A stretch of DNA of 64,000 nt from a candidate division CSSED10-310 bacterium (GTDB lineage: Bacteria; CSSED10-310), in NCBI GenBank assembly GCA_016931515.1, contig JAFGEQ010000002.1, positions 104,175 through 168,174 on the forward strand, written 5' to 3'. The position numbers and the translations under genes were made by a program. This document shows, in pieces, positions 50,901-59,033 of the stretch. How positions within the stretch are numbered: the stretch's first letter is position 1; each line of letters starts with the position of its first letter. A model generated the notes under the pieces. The model had not been told where the DNA came from and searched no databases. It saw nothing but the letters and a program-made list of their open reading frames with translations.

Positions 50901-50948
50901 TGAACAGACCACAATCGGAATGATCATGAAGAATAACCAGCGATTCAT
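44928..50948 (-). CDS. Large secreted C25 (gingipain-like) cysteine protease with propeptide, FN3, three jelly-roll repeats, dockerin-like and C-terminal cohesin-like domains
   Basis: GGAGG RBS before the ATG at 50948; propeptide (NPGEPQVP); YILLGGD..VP, TDMYF, FIGR, NHLGHA (His) and YSQGCYAG (Cys); DGxINPxETI-type Ig domains; dockerin at 45351-45557. Confidence 0.9.
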   Translation of the reverse strand: MNRWLFFMIIPIVVCSPLGAARIEHSVSFNTPTLTEWHIGQQGNSPPVTYTKINMPDSPLMANPGEPQVPFRPVTLLLPQNEILQNVAVIFDGWYDLPGTVTLAPGQHCYPLSEPQALQITAPDPVIYRSDSPFPSVDCSEPRIFWSKGYQLVTFNVFPVRYVPSQGTLRAARNAHIIIDTAVADTRSDRVRCRGLVSDLDWITGKVENPELASCYKAEPVQTQSLLSRDVYQYVIISNNTLINTPGPNNFQDLLAFKSTRGISGTIKPIEDIYAEYTGVDNQDKIRNFCMDAYENWNTEYILLGGDQAIVPTRGCYATAEGHEDNTVPTDMYFGCLDGNWNSNGNSRYGEVDDGPGGTEPDVLAELFIGRGSVDSATQLRNFVAKIIAYETDDYQADWADNALLLGEYLWPQTYGGDYMDELWYGSDLWGYSTPGYPSGWAIDHLYERETSWSSSQLVPKMNSNNVHWINHLGHANETTVMLLSISNVQSLTNSRPFLVYSQGCYAGAFDTTDCIAENFSWNAGGAFAVFMNGRYGWGEIGCTDGPGQYFHRQFHDAFFTEDIRELGRMNADSKEDNIWCMNYKANRWTCYEVNLLGCPQTPLFGRVTTRGQFNFDQPAYASDGTVVCTVQDVDLNIDPYTADSISIVLTVDNGDSETLLLTETGPNTGVFQESIDIRDSAAAPGNGYIDASPDDVITGTYIDASTGFGGVNIPVTDTAVVDDTYPVISNVTIAFHDDTSATITWTTDEPCTGTVIYGLSTPDTETSVEGLRTSHSVTITGLQQCMDYVLFVRSADGAGNTTEDDNGGLNYAFTTMVRIYVLQENMDTNPNWTISGGDWQFGQPTGQPSGPGADPTSGFDGPNVYGTNLNGAYAGGSTPYHLTTPALDCSAAFGVRFSFYQWLDVDEHGYDEAYILVSNDGNTWHTIYTNPNSNLYDYAWTRYEYDISEYADGQPAVYIRWTMGPASTGSVGGWNIDNVEISYAAPCNVPILLHHSHEIDDSAGNGDGMINPLETIAMLVTLRNVGLDAMGVSAVLSTDYTGVTVTVPSANFPNILQGGNGTSLTDYQFSVNDTAIDGDTVPFVVEWTAGGTTAQTMFMEEIVAANACFDSCGIIDWNTRGDGDGIFDPGETVQMTVSLINQGRLAAQDITGTLTCNHPEYITIDQGWAGFPDMNPGQTVSSIDPHFTVSSLQSTPDHMIVTFYLEIEAYAHHKILPFDVEITTSTFVRRQLWDMDDNPGWTTEGQWAWGIPQGAGGDPSSGFSGANVYGYNLAGAYANDMSETSLTSTPINCANLSDVEVRFMRWLGVESSSYDHASFRVSNNGSTWTTIWDHTGSSFTDPSWQAMSYDISGIADGQAAVYLRWVMGTTDGSVVYCGWNLDDIELWASSDNPQVVLTHADHAIDDSAGNNDGMINPMETILLDVTVENVGIAGTGITGYLSTTNPHVTVTQDSALFPDIPAGGQGQTLTPFAFDVSAAATNGETISFTVTYFSSAGNGSFTFTETVAGPDLSIGTITITDGGDHDGILDPGETATLAIELLNGGSMGITGVTGTINSDSPAYLFINDDEADFNDIVGGGSGGSITPHFSIQAAGFTPDPTVVTVTLDIQSNEAEAELTFEIEITGSNFIQRYYWNMDTNPGWTTESQWAWGVPQGASGDPSSGYTGTSVYGYNLSGSYTNSMPETNLTTTAIDCSSLENVEVRFMRWLGVESSTWDHASFRVSNNGTSWTTIWDHSGSSFTDTSWQTMVYDISAVADNQPTVYLRWVMGTTDSSVVYCGWNVDDVEVWADSFGNPCVHHGDCNFDGEITAGDAQMAFMCALGVITPTEEEACAADCNANGEITAGDAQQIFMTALGMTSCADPMDRVKDAPPRLSHLPIVNHEIPVSLDYVEADQNTIEIAITLDTDHREIDAFWIELSLDSRFTLVECFTGDLNPQWVQFGCNDPAPDRIRIGAYNDGTYDPVIPEGVGGTLATLVITGPVETAIRDQLVPVRILRVADDIKP
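45575..48480 (-). repeat. Three intragenic copies of a ~160-aa jelly-roll domain (MD[TD]NPxWT...GDPSSG...GWNxD); a fourth copy lies in the S8 gene at about 42200-42670
   Basis: Near-identical peptide blocks such as RWLGVESS.[WY]DHASFRVSNNG..WTTIWDH.GSSFTD in copies 2 and 3. Confidence 0.85.
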
Positions 50949-51027
50949 TATATTACCTCCTCCGAGAAAAGATTGAGCGGCATTTAGGCATACCACTCCC
51001 TGAAACAATACCAGCATTCGCCATTGA

Positions 51028-51043
51028 AGCAAGGACTGTACCC
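51028..51043 (-). promoter_or_regulatory. Possible sigma-54 promoter of the large C25 gene
   Basis: Minus strand GGGTAC-AGTCC-TTGCT with correct spacing and a non-consensus first base. Confidence 0.4.
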
Positions 51044-51266
51044 GACCGTCAGAAATCGATGCTGAGCAAAAATCTGGTAGAATCTTGACAGACCATGGAG
51101 TCAGCTTTTACGGCTTGGCGGATGATGATTGCATGCTCCTGTGGAGCCGGTTTTAAAAAACGAACCTGGATATGAAGAGGAATTAAATGTACGAAGATTT
51201 ATCTGGAGATCGCATGTGAGGTCTGCAAAAAGCAATATAAAGTCAGATTCTGCCGATCGAGACTGA

Positions 51267-52310
51267 TTAATCTGCTTTGTGTTTGCCGTCCCATCCAATG
51301 ACCCGCCAGACAGGCTGCCATTTAGTATGTCTGTCCGATTCCCGGTAACAACTGACATCCGCCGGAGTATTTAAGTTGGCATACCACGCTGTGTCCAATG
51401 CAACCACGAACTGAGTCCTGTGGAGTGGAAACAAAGCCAATACTTTGCGCGTTCCTTCCGTCAGCAGGTGTTCCGCTGTAGCGCTGACAATGCGATCGTA
51501 AGCGCCGTATAGTGTTTCCGGTCTGTCCGGGGTCAACATCGGCACCGCGATCTCATTATCTTCCAGGCAGGAAAGCAATTTACGCATCAATGGAAGATCA
51601 ACATCCGGTATATCGCACGCAATGACAAAGTTCACTCGACAATTCGAAGCGGAAAGAGCTGCAGCGATCCCGGCAAGCGGGCCACTGTCGGGAATGGTAT
51701 CATGAACGCATCGCACACCGGGAACCGGTGGTGATTGACCTTCTGCAGAAGAAAAAAAAACTTCGTCGAAATACGGGACAAGGTTGCTATAAAGGCGTTG
51801 GGCGGCTGGAACACCATCAATCGGAAGCAGAGATTTATATATTCCCATGCGGCTGCTTTTTCCACCGATCAGGATCACTGCAGCTGCGGGTTCCGGACGT
51901 GCACCAGTCAGCCAGACCATGTGCCTGACGACCGGCTTGTCAACATTCAGCCTTTCAGCAATTGCTTTAACTTGTGAGTCATTAATACGCATACCGCTGA
52001 TAACATCAGCTTTCGATCGAGCCATTACCGCTGATGGCTTTGCAGGGGCGTCGTCAAGATAGAGGCACACATCCGGTGTTATCTCACGCAATATTGAATT
52101 GCTCTCGATGATAAGAATCTGTTCCTTATCACCCTTCTCGACGATGTATTGAAACGTTGTTCCGATCGGATAGTACTCAGGTCCATCCATTTTCTGTTGA
52201 CTGCTGCCGATTTTAACATAGCGGGATCCTGGTAAAAGAGCCATCAATTCGAAAGCCAACGAGGTTTTACCTACCCGGGATCGGGCTCCAGCAATAACAA
52301 TAGTTTTCAT
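51267..52310 (-). CDS. mobA: Molybdenum cofactor guanylyltransferase fused to an N-terminal P-loop (MobB-like) domain
   Basis: N-terminal IAGARSRVGKTSL; C-terminal VILIGGKSSRMG..K, GPLAGI, ACDIP and NLNTP motifs. Confidence 0.8.
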   Translation of the reverse strand: MKTIVIAGARSRVGKTSLAFELMALLPGSRYVKIGSSQQKMDGPEYYPIGTTFQYIVEKGDKEQILIIESNSILREITPDVCLYLDDAPAKPSAVMARSKADVISGMRINDSQVKAIAERLNVDKPVVRHMVWLTGARPEPAAAVILIGGKSSRMGIYKSLLPIDGVPAAQRLYSNLVPYFDEVFFSSAEGQSPPVPGVRCVHDTIPDSGPLAGIAAALSASNCRVNFVIACDIPDVDLPLMRKLLSCLEDNEIAVPMLTPDRPETLYGAYDRIVSATAEHLLTEGTRKVLALFPLHRTQFVVALDTAWYANLNTPADVSCYRESDRHTKWQPVWRVIGWDGKHKAD

Positions 52311-52598
52311 TCAGCAATTCCATTACTGCGTTTTAAGTGACTGAAGCGGACAATTGATCCGCTAACCACGTATGATGCCGGGCTTAACTGTCCAATGCAA
52401 GCCCTTATTCCACCGTCAAGCGCTAGATAAAGCACTGTTGATTTTTCTCTCACCTTGACTCAGGTCTATAACAAGCAGTCTTCTGATCATCATTTTTCCA
52501 GATGTTGAATCCATCACGCGTACCCTTGCCGCATACGGAATATCCTGCAATAATTATCCACAGCTGAACTCAGTGTCTAATTCGGGAGTCTCCGGCAG

Positions 52599-53591
52599 TT
52601 GAATATGATGCACACGAACAAAACAACCCTGTATTCATCCATAAGATTCTTGTCTGCGATCTCATCACTCTCTGGAACAATTGTAAGTATCCTGTTTTTT
52701 GCAATCATCACATCGAGATCGATAACATTCGCTGAATATACAGCATTTTCGGGTAATTTTTCACCATCGGGCAGTGACTCAATGAATAGCGATCCGGTTC
52801 ATTCCATCATACACTCCAAAGACGGATCCGTCATGGTCTACATTCCACCGGGACCATTTATTATGGGAAACAACAAAGGCTGGCCCGAGGAGCGTCCGGA
52901 GCATATTGTCGACCTGCCGGGATATTACATAGACCGTTTCGAAGTGACGATCGAGATGTTTCGTCGTTTTGCCGAATCACCGGATTTCACAAATCCCGAC
53001 CTCTGGCGGGAAGGTGACATACGCCGGATGATGTTTGTGGGCGAATACACGCGAAAGGACTGGTCCCTGTATGACGGATTGAGTGGAGATACGGCCATGT
53101 TTGATGTCCGGTTCCCCGAGGCCGAGGCGTACTGCCGCTGGGCCGGCAAGCTCCTGCCGACGCCGCAGCAGTGGGAAAAGGCCGCCAGAGGCACCGACGG
53201 GCGGTTGTATCCCTGGGGGCAGGAGTGGTTAGCCGGAAAATGCAATTGCCTGGAACCGGAGGCGTTTTACGGGGGAGTGAATATGTTTTCAACCTTCCCT
53301 GTCTCAGTATATGACTTCCCGGAAGGGGACAGTCCTTACGGCATAAGACAAATGGCAGGTAATGTCTGGGAATGGTGTGCCACTGGAATGCTTCCCTATC
53401 CTGGAAACGATAAACCTTACAAGTTTTACTCCACATTCTGGGGTGTATTCCAACCTGAAATCCGCGGTGGCTGCTGGGTGCTGGACCCCCGATTCTGCAC
53501 AGCGACGTTCCGTTCATTTGCTGACCCTGGAACCCGTGAAAAAACCTATGGATTCAGATGCGCATGTGAAATGGATGAGCTCGATTACTGA
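52599..53591 (+). CDS. Formylglycine-generating-enzyme (SUMF1/FGE-sulfatase) domain protein
   Basis: MVYIPPGPFIMG, EVT, AEAYCRWAGK.LPT..QWEKAARG, YPWG, MAGNVWEWC, RGGCW and GFRC motifs. Start uncertain. Confidence 0.9.
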   Translation: MNMMHTNKTTLYSSIRFLSAISSLSGTIVSILFFAIITSRSITFAEYTAFSGNFSPSGSDSMNSDPVHSIIHSKDGSVMVYIPPGPFIMGNNKGWPEERPEHIVDLPGYYIDRFEVTIEMFRRFAESPDFTNPDLWREGDIRRMMFVGEYTRKDWSLYDGLSGDTAMFDVRFPEAEAYCRWAGKLLPTPQQWEKAARGTDGRLYPWGQEWLAGKCNCLEPEAFYGGVNMFSTFPVSVYDFPEGDSPYGIRQMAGNVWEWCATGMLPYPGNDKPYKFYSTFWGVFQPEIRGGCWVLDPRFCTATFRSFADPGTREKTYGFRCACEMDELDY

Positions 53592-53644
53592 CAGGGTTGC
53601 CGAACCAGATCAATTGAAATTTCCCGCCTCTTTCAGGGTGACGA

Positions 53645-54730
53645 ATGAGTAACTTGCATTGCAGCAAATCGGACCATTATACGGCTAATAATAATACCGG
53701 AATATTCTCCATGAGTATCACAAAAAAATGCATGTTCTCAATTATTTCAATCGGATTATTGCTCATTACGGGTGAATCGATTCTCTATTTTTTCGGTTTT
53801 AGTTTTCAACCGTTGACTCATCCGGGCGAATTTGGAGATCATTTCGAAGCCACTAATACCGATGATTATGTTCAGGATCCGACGCGATTCTGGATCCCGA
53901 AACCCGATTCGATCATGCATGCCGATTGGGTCGGAGACCAGGGTGCAGTCATTAATGAACTCGGCTTTCGGGGACCGCTTCCGGATGTGGAAAAACCATC
54001 TGGAGTTATCCGTGTGTTGTGTTTGGGGGACAGCGGAACTTTTGGATGGGCCATGAATGATGATGAAACGTATCCCGTTCACCTGGAGATGTTATTAAAT
54101 GAATGGGCGGAGACTCATTCGTCGGGGATCCGTTTTGAGGTCATCAACGCCGGAATAAACGGATACTCCACATTTCAGGCGATCGAACAATATAAAGTCC
54201 TTGAACACCGTCTGCAGCCGGACATAGTGACTCTGGCTGCCGGGCGCAACGACCTATCACCCGTTCCTATGACGGACGCATCGCGTCCCGTCATTAAACC
54301 TTGGCAAATTGCTGTGACGAAGATCATTGCGCGAACGAGAACCGGCCAGTTGATCATGTGGTTCAGCCAGCATAAGGCGGCTGCCGTTTCGGTGCACGCA
54401 TTGGATCCACAGAAACATCAGACGATCCGGGTCAGCGATTCGGAATACCCGGTGTTATGGTCCCATCTGGCCAGTGACTGCAAGGCACACAACCGACAAC
54501 TGGTATATATCCATCGGGCCGGACGATTACCGGTCATCCGGTCTCTTAAAAATCAATTTGATATCACCGTTGTCGATTTCGAGCGTCTGCGATCGATCGG
54601 ACAAGTCTTCGAATTCACGGAGGGTGGTCATCCGGATACCCCGGTTTACCGGTTAATCGCAGAGGAAATTTTTATACAAATGAAAACCAGCGGAATGCTG
54701 AGACGTTGGAGTGCTACAAATGAACTATAG
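53645..54730 (+). CDS. SGNH/GDSL hydrolase with an N-terminal membrane anchor
   Basis: INELGFRG, LCLGDSGTFG, INAGINGYST, GRND and GGHP motifs. Confidence 0.85.
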   Translation: MSNLHCSKSDHYTANNNTGIFSMSITKKCMFSIISIGLLLITGESILYFFGFSFQPLTHPGEFGDHFEATNTDDYVQDPTRFWIPKPDSIMHADWVGDQGAVINELGFRGPLPDVEKPSGVIRVLCLGDSGTFGWAMNDDETYPVHLEMLLNEWAETHSSGIRFEVINAGINGYSTFQAIEQYKVLEHRLQPDIVTLAAGRNDLSPVPMTDASRPVIKPWQIAVTKIIARTRTGQLIMWFSQHKAAAVSVHALDPQKHQTIRVSDSEYPVLWSHLASDCKAHNRQLVYIHRAGRLPVIRSLKNQFDITVVDFERLRSIGQVFEFTEGGHPDTPVYRLIAEEIFIQMKTSGMLRRWSATNEL

Positions 54731-54824
54731 CACCGTCGTTGCATTCGATTTATAAACAGCGTGGCATTCAGGCTAATCTATCGCAATACATTCAAAATTC
54801 TACCGAGAACATCAATGATTGCTT

Positions 54825-55547
54825 CTACTTATCAAGACCGTACCAGTTGCCTCCGGTGAAATCGCCCATAAAAATGTTCCGATCTTCCTCACCGGCGATT
54901 TGTTTTCCAAGTTTTTCCGCCAATTTTCGGTGTTTCAGGGCCTCATCCCTTCTGCCCGCAAGGGCATTCGCCCGAGCCATTGCTTCTTGCGCGTAAGCCC
55001 GATCGAAATCCTGCATCAGATCATGGTATTGATCTGTCAGGGCCATACACCGGGAGGCGTGACGCAACGCTTCAGCGGCCATCCCAAGATCGGTGTAAAC
55101 CCGTGCGATCAGCCACTCGCCCCGCTGATGATTCACGCCGGTTCCTACTTTCAGCCAGTGATAGCACGAGCCGTGAGCGGCATAGATCATACGCTCGTTT
55201 TCGGCATCAGAGCGATCAGGTTTCTGCAACAAACCCCACACCTCATTATTCAACTCGATCGCAAAATACTGGTGCGCATCGTTTTTCTTTTTTGCCTGTT
55301 CATCATTCATCTTTGATATCTCCTTCTCCGGTTGTTCCCGAATTACCTCTGAATCAGGTTCCGATGCCATTTCCTTACTCGTTTCCGGAGTCCTGGCACC
55401 GATTTCCAGTATGGAATCCTTACTCCCCGATTTCTGATCGGCGGTTTGTGAAGAACCTGCCGGATCGTCTGCCTGAACTACGATTGAATTCGGCAGTACC
55501 ATCCATAGACAAACAGTAATCGCCCAAATCAGTTTCATGGCTTTCAT
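54825..55547 (-). CDS. Secreted helical hypothetical protein
   Basis: Signal peptide, acidic linker, and a helical domain FAIELNNEVW..AAHGSCYHW..RGEWLIARVY..AYAQEAMARA. Confidence 0.65.
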   Translation of the reverse strand: MKAMKLIWAITVCLWMVLPNSIVVQADDPAGSSQTADQKSGSKDSILEIGARTPETSKEMASEPDSEVIREQPEKEISKMNDEQAKKKNDAHQYFAIELNNEVWGLLQKPDRSDAENERMIYAAHGSCYHWLKVGTGVNHQRGEWLIARVYTDLGMAAEALRHASRCMALTDQYHDLMQDFDRAYAQEAMARANALAGRRDEALKHRKLAEKLGKQIAGEEDRNIFMGDFTGGNWYGLDK

Positions 55548-55639
55548 CCTTCCCGGGTTTACACATAACTCGTTGATACGAACACTATTTATTCCACCAT
55601 GAGTCATGCGAAAAAATCAAATGTTTCAGCTTTATCTGG

Positions 55640-55677
55640 AAAAAAAGAGAACGTCCAGGCAATCAACCCGGACGTTC
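55640..55677 (-). terminator. Rho-independent terminator of the second C25 gene
   Basis: GAACGTCC...GGACGTTC hairpin followed by a T-tract on the minus strand. Confidence 0.65.
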
Positions 55678-55701
55678 GATACATCTCAATAATCAGTCTG
55701 T

Positions 55702-58700
55702 CTATAAAGGATCAGCGCATGATCCCAATCCCAGCGCTGCCAGGAATATGCTTTGCGCATCACCGGCAGTCACATCCTCATCCGCGTTGCAGTCCGCCGC
55801 ACACCATTCCGGATCCGATGGAACATACGTCCCCAGCGCAATCTGAAATGCCATCTGAGCATCTCCTGCCGTGATCTCGCCATTCAAGTTAACATCGCCG
55901 CTGTTAATGCATGGATCCGGTGTCGCAGTCGGTTCGGAACATGGAGCGGAGGAGAAAATTACCACATCATCGATATATGAACCCCGATAGTCATTGATCA
56001 TGCCGTCGACAGAATTGAAATTGAATTTAAGATAAATGTTGTGCCCGACATAATCATTCATATCCAGAACATATTCCTGCCAGCCGCCTGAATTCCCTTC
56101 AACCGTCAGCAGATTGATCACGGACTGCCCCTGAACCTGGATCTGGATGGTCAGAATATCGTAACCGCCATATTCTTCACCTTCATGCCAATACCAGACG
56201 TGATATTCCGCATCGGTGATCGCTGTCAGATCAATAAGTTCCGATGTCAGTGTACCCTCGGTCGTCCCCACATCGTAATTGCATTGCGGTTCCTGGCCGT
56301 AATACCAGCTGCTCACTCCGGAATGATTCTCAGGGCAGCTCCCCGATGCATTCGTGTGATGCCACAAACCGCTGTGCGTCCAGGCTCCCGGTCCCGACTC
56401 CATATCATCGCTGAAATACACAACCTGTTCCCAGGTGACAAAGGAATAATTATCGCCGCCGTTGTCCTCGATGGTCGTATTCCCGGCGATATCCGTCGAC
56501 TGCACGTAGAACACATATTCCGTGCAATCCAGCAATCCCGTCAATGAAATGACATGATCTGTTGTCTTTACACTGGACGACACTTCCTCGGTCGGAAAAT
56601 CTGTCCCGTAGAATACAACGCTGTCGGATTCCTCATCCGTCACCCAGTGGATAACGGCCTGGCTATAGCTGACTCCGGTCACTTCCACATTGTTTATCTG
56701 AGGAGGTACGCCATCGATAACCGCGGTGGCAGTGACTTCGATGTTGACGCCGCCATGCCCGTCATCTTCATCGATGTACACCGCCTGGATCTGGTTCCCG
56801 TGCTGGACTTCCAGAATACCATTGCCAACGACGGCAGATCCCTCCGAAATCGTTACCGTATCCTGGAAAACAAACGTGGAATTCCCGGTTTCCGTTAAAA
56901 CGAATGTTTCCGTATCGCCGTTATCGGAACTGAGAGTCACCGGAACGGTGTCCGGTCCTCCCGGATTCTCATCCAGATCGAGATCCCGCACTGTGACGAC
57001 CGCAAACGAATCCGGCTGATATTGCGCCATATCAAACATGATGGTTCCATCGCTGGACAACGCAAAGTCCATTCCAAGATCCGGGTTCCCATACAGCGTC
57101 CATTCACACATTTCCAGCTCCGTATAGTCCCATCCGTTCATCTGGTATACCTGGGTCAACCCATTCTGCATCGATTCACCCTGCGTCATACCGCCGGACA
57201 TGACCCCGCTGGAGAAAAAATAATCCAGCGACTGGCTGGAACCGTCGGACGGTCCGCTCCACCCCGGACACCCATATGCCACCCTCGTGGATCCTACAAA
57301 CCCGACCGCGCCCTGCTCGATCATGCGCGCGCCGATGCTGATTTCCGACGTTTCGCTGTTGCTGCATGCATCCGCAAAAATTATCGCAGGATAATTGTCG
57401 TCGAGTAACGGACAGATCGATGTGTCGACAAACGGCTGTGACGGATACAGCTCATAACATGCCGTTGCTGATCCGTGGCCGGCCCAGTTCACAAACGCAA
57501 AGGTATTGCTTGTCCAGACACTCTGCACGTTTGAATAACTGGCGTTGTAATCGCAGGAATAGCTGCTCTGCGGAACCTCATACATCCGCGTCATGGTCCA
57601 GTCTTCCATTCCGGGCTGATCCACCTTCGCTTCCATGAGTACCGCGTTGTCCGTATCATCCCAGAAGAATGTCCCGATCAGCAGGACATTTTTCTTGAAC
57701 GACGGGTCATCCGTCATTTCATACGCAATCGTTTTTTCCACGACATGCTGCACCGTCGATGGTGTACTCCATGGAATCCGGCCCACGTTTACCTCGGAAT
57801 AAAAATCGCACGAATCGCCGGAACCCAGATACACCTGGTTGCTGTTGGCGTCCCAGGACTGGTTGTCCGGCAGTGACAGCTCGGCAAAATAGAAATCCGT
57901 ATCCGGATCATCGGAAATATGACGCATGGGAACATTGGCCATAGCACCCACAAGGCATACATCCTCAATACCCCATTCCGCGGATGGATATTTTTCTCTC
58001 AGGAAATTACGCATCTTCTGGGCCAGGTCAACACCCGGGTAGGTCGAATTGATCCATTCCGTTGTCACCGAAGTGGCTGTCCGGCCCTTGATGATTTCCC
58101 AATCAACAAGGTCTGCTGCAACCGTCTGCAGGGCGCTTGTTGTGATCAACACGTATTCGTAAAGACCCCTGCTTCCGGGATTCGACGGATACCAGGCCTG
58201 AGCCTGATCATAGTTCAGTATCAGCGACTGGGCTCTCTGCTCCATTCTCGGCTGATTATCGATCATCGCCGGCTGGCTGCTCACGGGCATCCGGTAATGG
58301 ACGTCAAGCGTGATATCGGGATAATAGACCAATGTCCCGGAAACAGGCCGGTATTGATACGGGCTGACCCTGATGTCCACAATATTGTATTTCCGGAAAC
58401 CGCCGGACCGGACATATTCGGCTATCGCAGCCGGATAAAGATCATCGGAACCATATACCGCTCTCTGATTGTCCTCAAAAAGACGGGACTCCTTCGAATC
58501 AGACCGTACATCGCCTGTTTCGATCGTCCGCGGTGCAGGTGCAGGCGGAATGTCGATACCGTCCAGTTCCTGCGGTGTTCCGGTACGGACACTCAGTGAC
58601 TCGTAAACCGCTCCGGGAGGTATCGCGACGGCGTAAATCCGCGCCGGCAGTCGCGGGCATCCGGGCTCCCTTAAATACCCATATCCTGAGATCGAAACCT

Positions 58701-58845
58701 CATCGCCTCCGTCCTGCTCCAGCATATTGTCCATCAAGACAGGTACGGTAACCGATATCCTGCCCGATTCTCCCCGAACCGTTCCGGGAATAAGACCAAG
58801 CATGAATATAAAACCTAACAATCCTATCGCGATTTTATGTCTCAT
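55702..58845 (-). CDS. Secreted C25 (gingipain-like) cysteine protease with FN3, jelly-roll and C-terminal dockerin-like domains
   Basis: GGAGG RBS before the ATG at 58845; propeptide (EPGCPRLP); TDFYF, VNVGRIP, NWAGHGS (His), FADACSN (Cys) and LYGNP motifs; duplicated TAGDAQ loops. Confidence 0.9.
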   Translation of the reverse strand: MRHKIAIGLLGFIFMLGLIPGTVRGESGRISVTVPVLMDNMLEQDGGDEVSISGYGYLREPGCPRLPARIYAVAIPPGAVYESLSVRTGTPQELDGIDIPPAPAPRTIETGDVRSDSKESRLFEDNQRAVYGSDDLYPAAIAEYVRSGGFRKYNIVDIRVSPYQYRPVSGTLVYYPDITLDVHYRMPVSSQPAMIDNQPRMEQRAQSLILNYDQAQAWYPSNPGSRGLYEYVLITTSALQTVAADLVDWEIIKGRTATSVTTEWINSTYPGVDLAQKMRNFLREKYPSAEWGIEDVCLVGAMANVPMRHISDDPDTDFYFAELSLPDNQSWDANSNQVYLGSGDSCDFYSEVNVGRIPWSTPSTVQHVVEKTIAYEMTDDPSFKKNVLLIGTFFWDDTDNAVLMEAKVDQPGMEDWTMTRMYEVPQSSYSCDYNASYSNVQSVWTSNTFAFVNWAGHGSATACYELYPSQPFVDTSICPLLDDNYPAIIFADACSNSETSEISIGARMIEQGAVGFVGSTRVAYGCPGWSGPSDGSSQSLDYFFSSGVMSGGMTQGESMQNGLTQVYQMNGWDYTELEMCEWTLYGNPDLGMDFALSSDGTIMFDMAQYQPDSFAVVTVRDLDLDENPGGPDTVPVTLSSDNGDTETFVLTETGNSTFVFQDTVTISEGSAVVGNGILEVQHGNQIQAVYIDEDDGHGGVNIEVTATAVIDGVPPQINNVEVTGVSYSQAVIHWVTDEESDSVVFYGTDFPTEEVSSSVKTTDHVISLTGLLDCTEYVFYVQSTDIAGNTTIEDNGGDNYSFVTWEQVVYFSDDMESGPGAWTHSGLWHHTNASGSCPENHSGVSSWYYGQEPQCNYDVGTTEGTLTSELIDLTAITDAEYHVWYWHEGEEYGGYDILTIQIQVQGQSVINLLTVEGNSGGWQEYVLDMNDYVGHNIYLKFNFNSVDGMINDYRGSYIDDVVIFSSAPCSEPTATPDPCINSGDVNLNGEITAGDAQMAFQIALGTYVPSDPEWCAADCNADEDVTAGDAQSIFLAALGLGSCADPL

Positions 58846-58877
58846 AAGATACCTCCATTTCCAATAATAAACGAGAA

Positions 58878-58894
58878 GGCAAATATGTTGCCAA
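58878..58894 (-). promoter_or_regulatory. Sigma-54 -24/-12 promoter
   Basis: Minus strand T-TGGCAA-CATAT-TTGCC, about 33 bp upstream of the ATG at 58845. It is also palindromic (GGCAA-N5-TTGCC). Confidence 0.6.
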
Positions 58895-59033
58895 ATACTC
58901 ATTATTGAGATTTTTATCTGGTTTAATCTGTGGATCGCGGCGAGGGAAAGCACTTTGTGCAGATTATATTTTATCACTTAACAACCGCACACAATTTTTA
59001 AGGAGGAGGTGGAGTATCTGTCAAGTCTTTCAG

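Noticed and set aside
51101-51358. 85-aa ORF between mobA and the large C25 gene
   Set aside because: It overlaps the mobA 3' end and has no RBS or recognisable motif; probably spurious.
52311-52598. Moco riboswitch upstream of mobA
   Set aside because: Two small hairpins are present, but I could not match the conserved Moco RNA motif elements. A covariance-model search would settle it.
52599-53591. FGE-sulfatase (CLec-fold) gene as a diversity-generating retroelement target
   Set aside because: No reverse transcriptase, and no second adenine-variant copy of its 3' end (template repeat), was seen in the window.
44928-58845. C25 proteases as the T9SS sortase PorU or as T9SS cargo
   Set aside because: They have gingipain-like propeptides and dockerin ends rather than PorU architecture or a T9SS C-terminal domain, and no por/gld genes are in the window.
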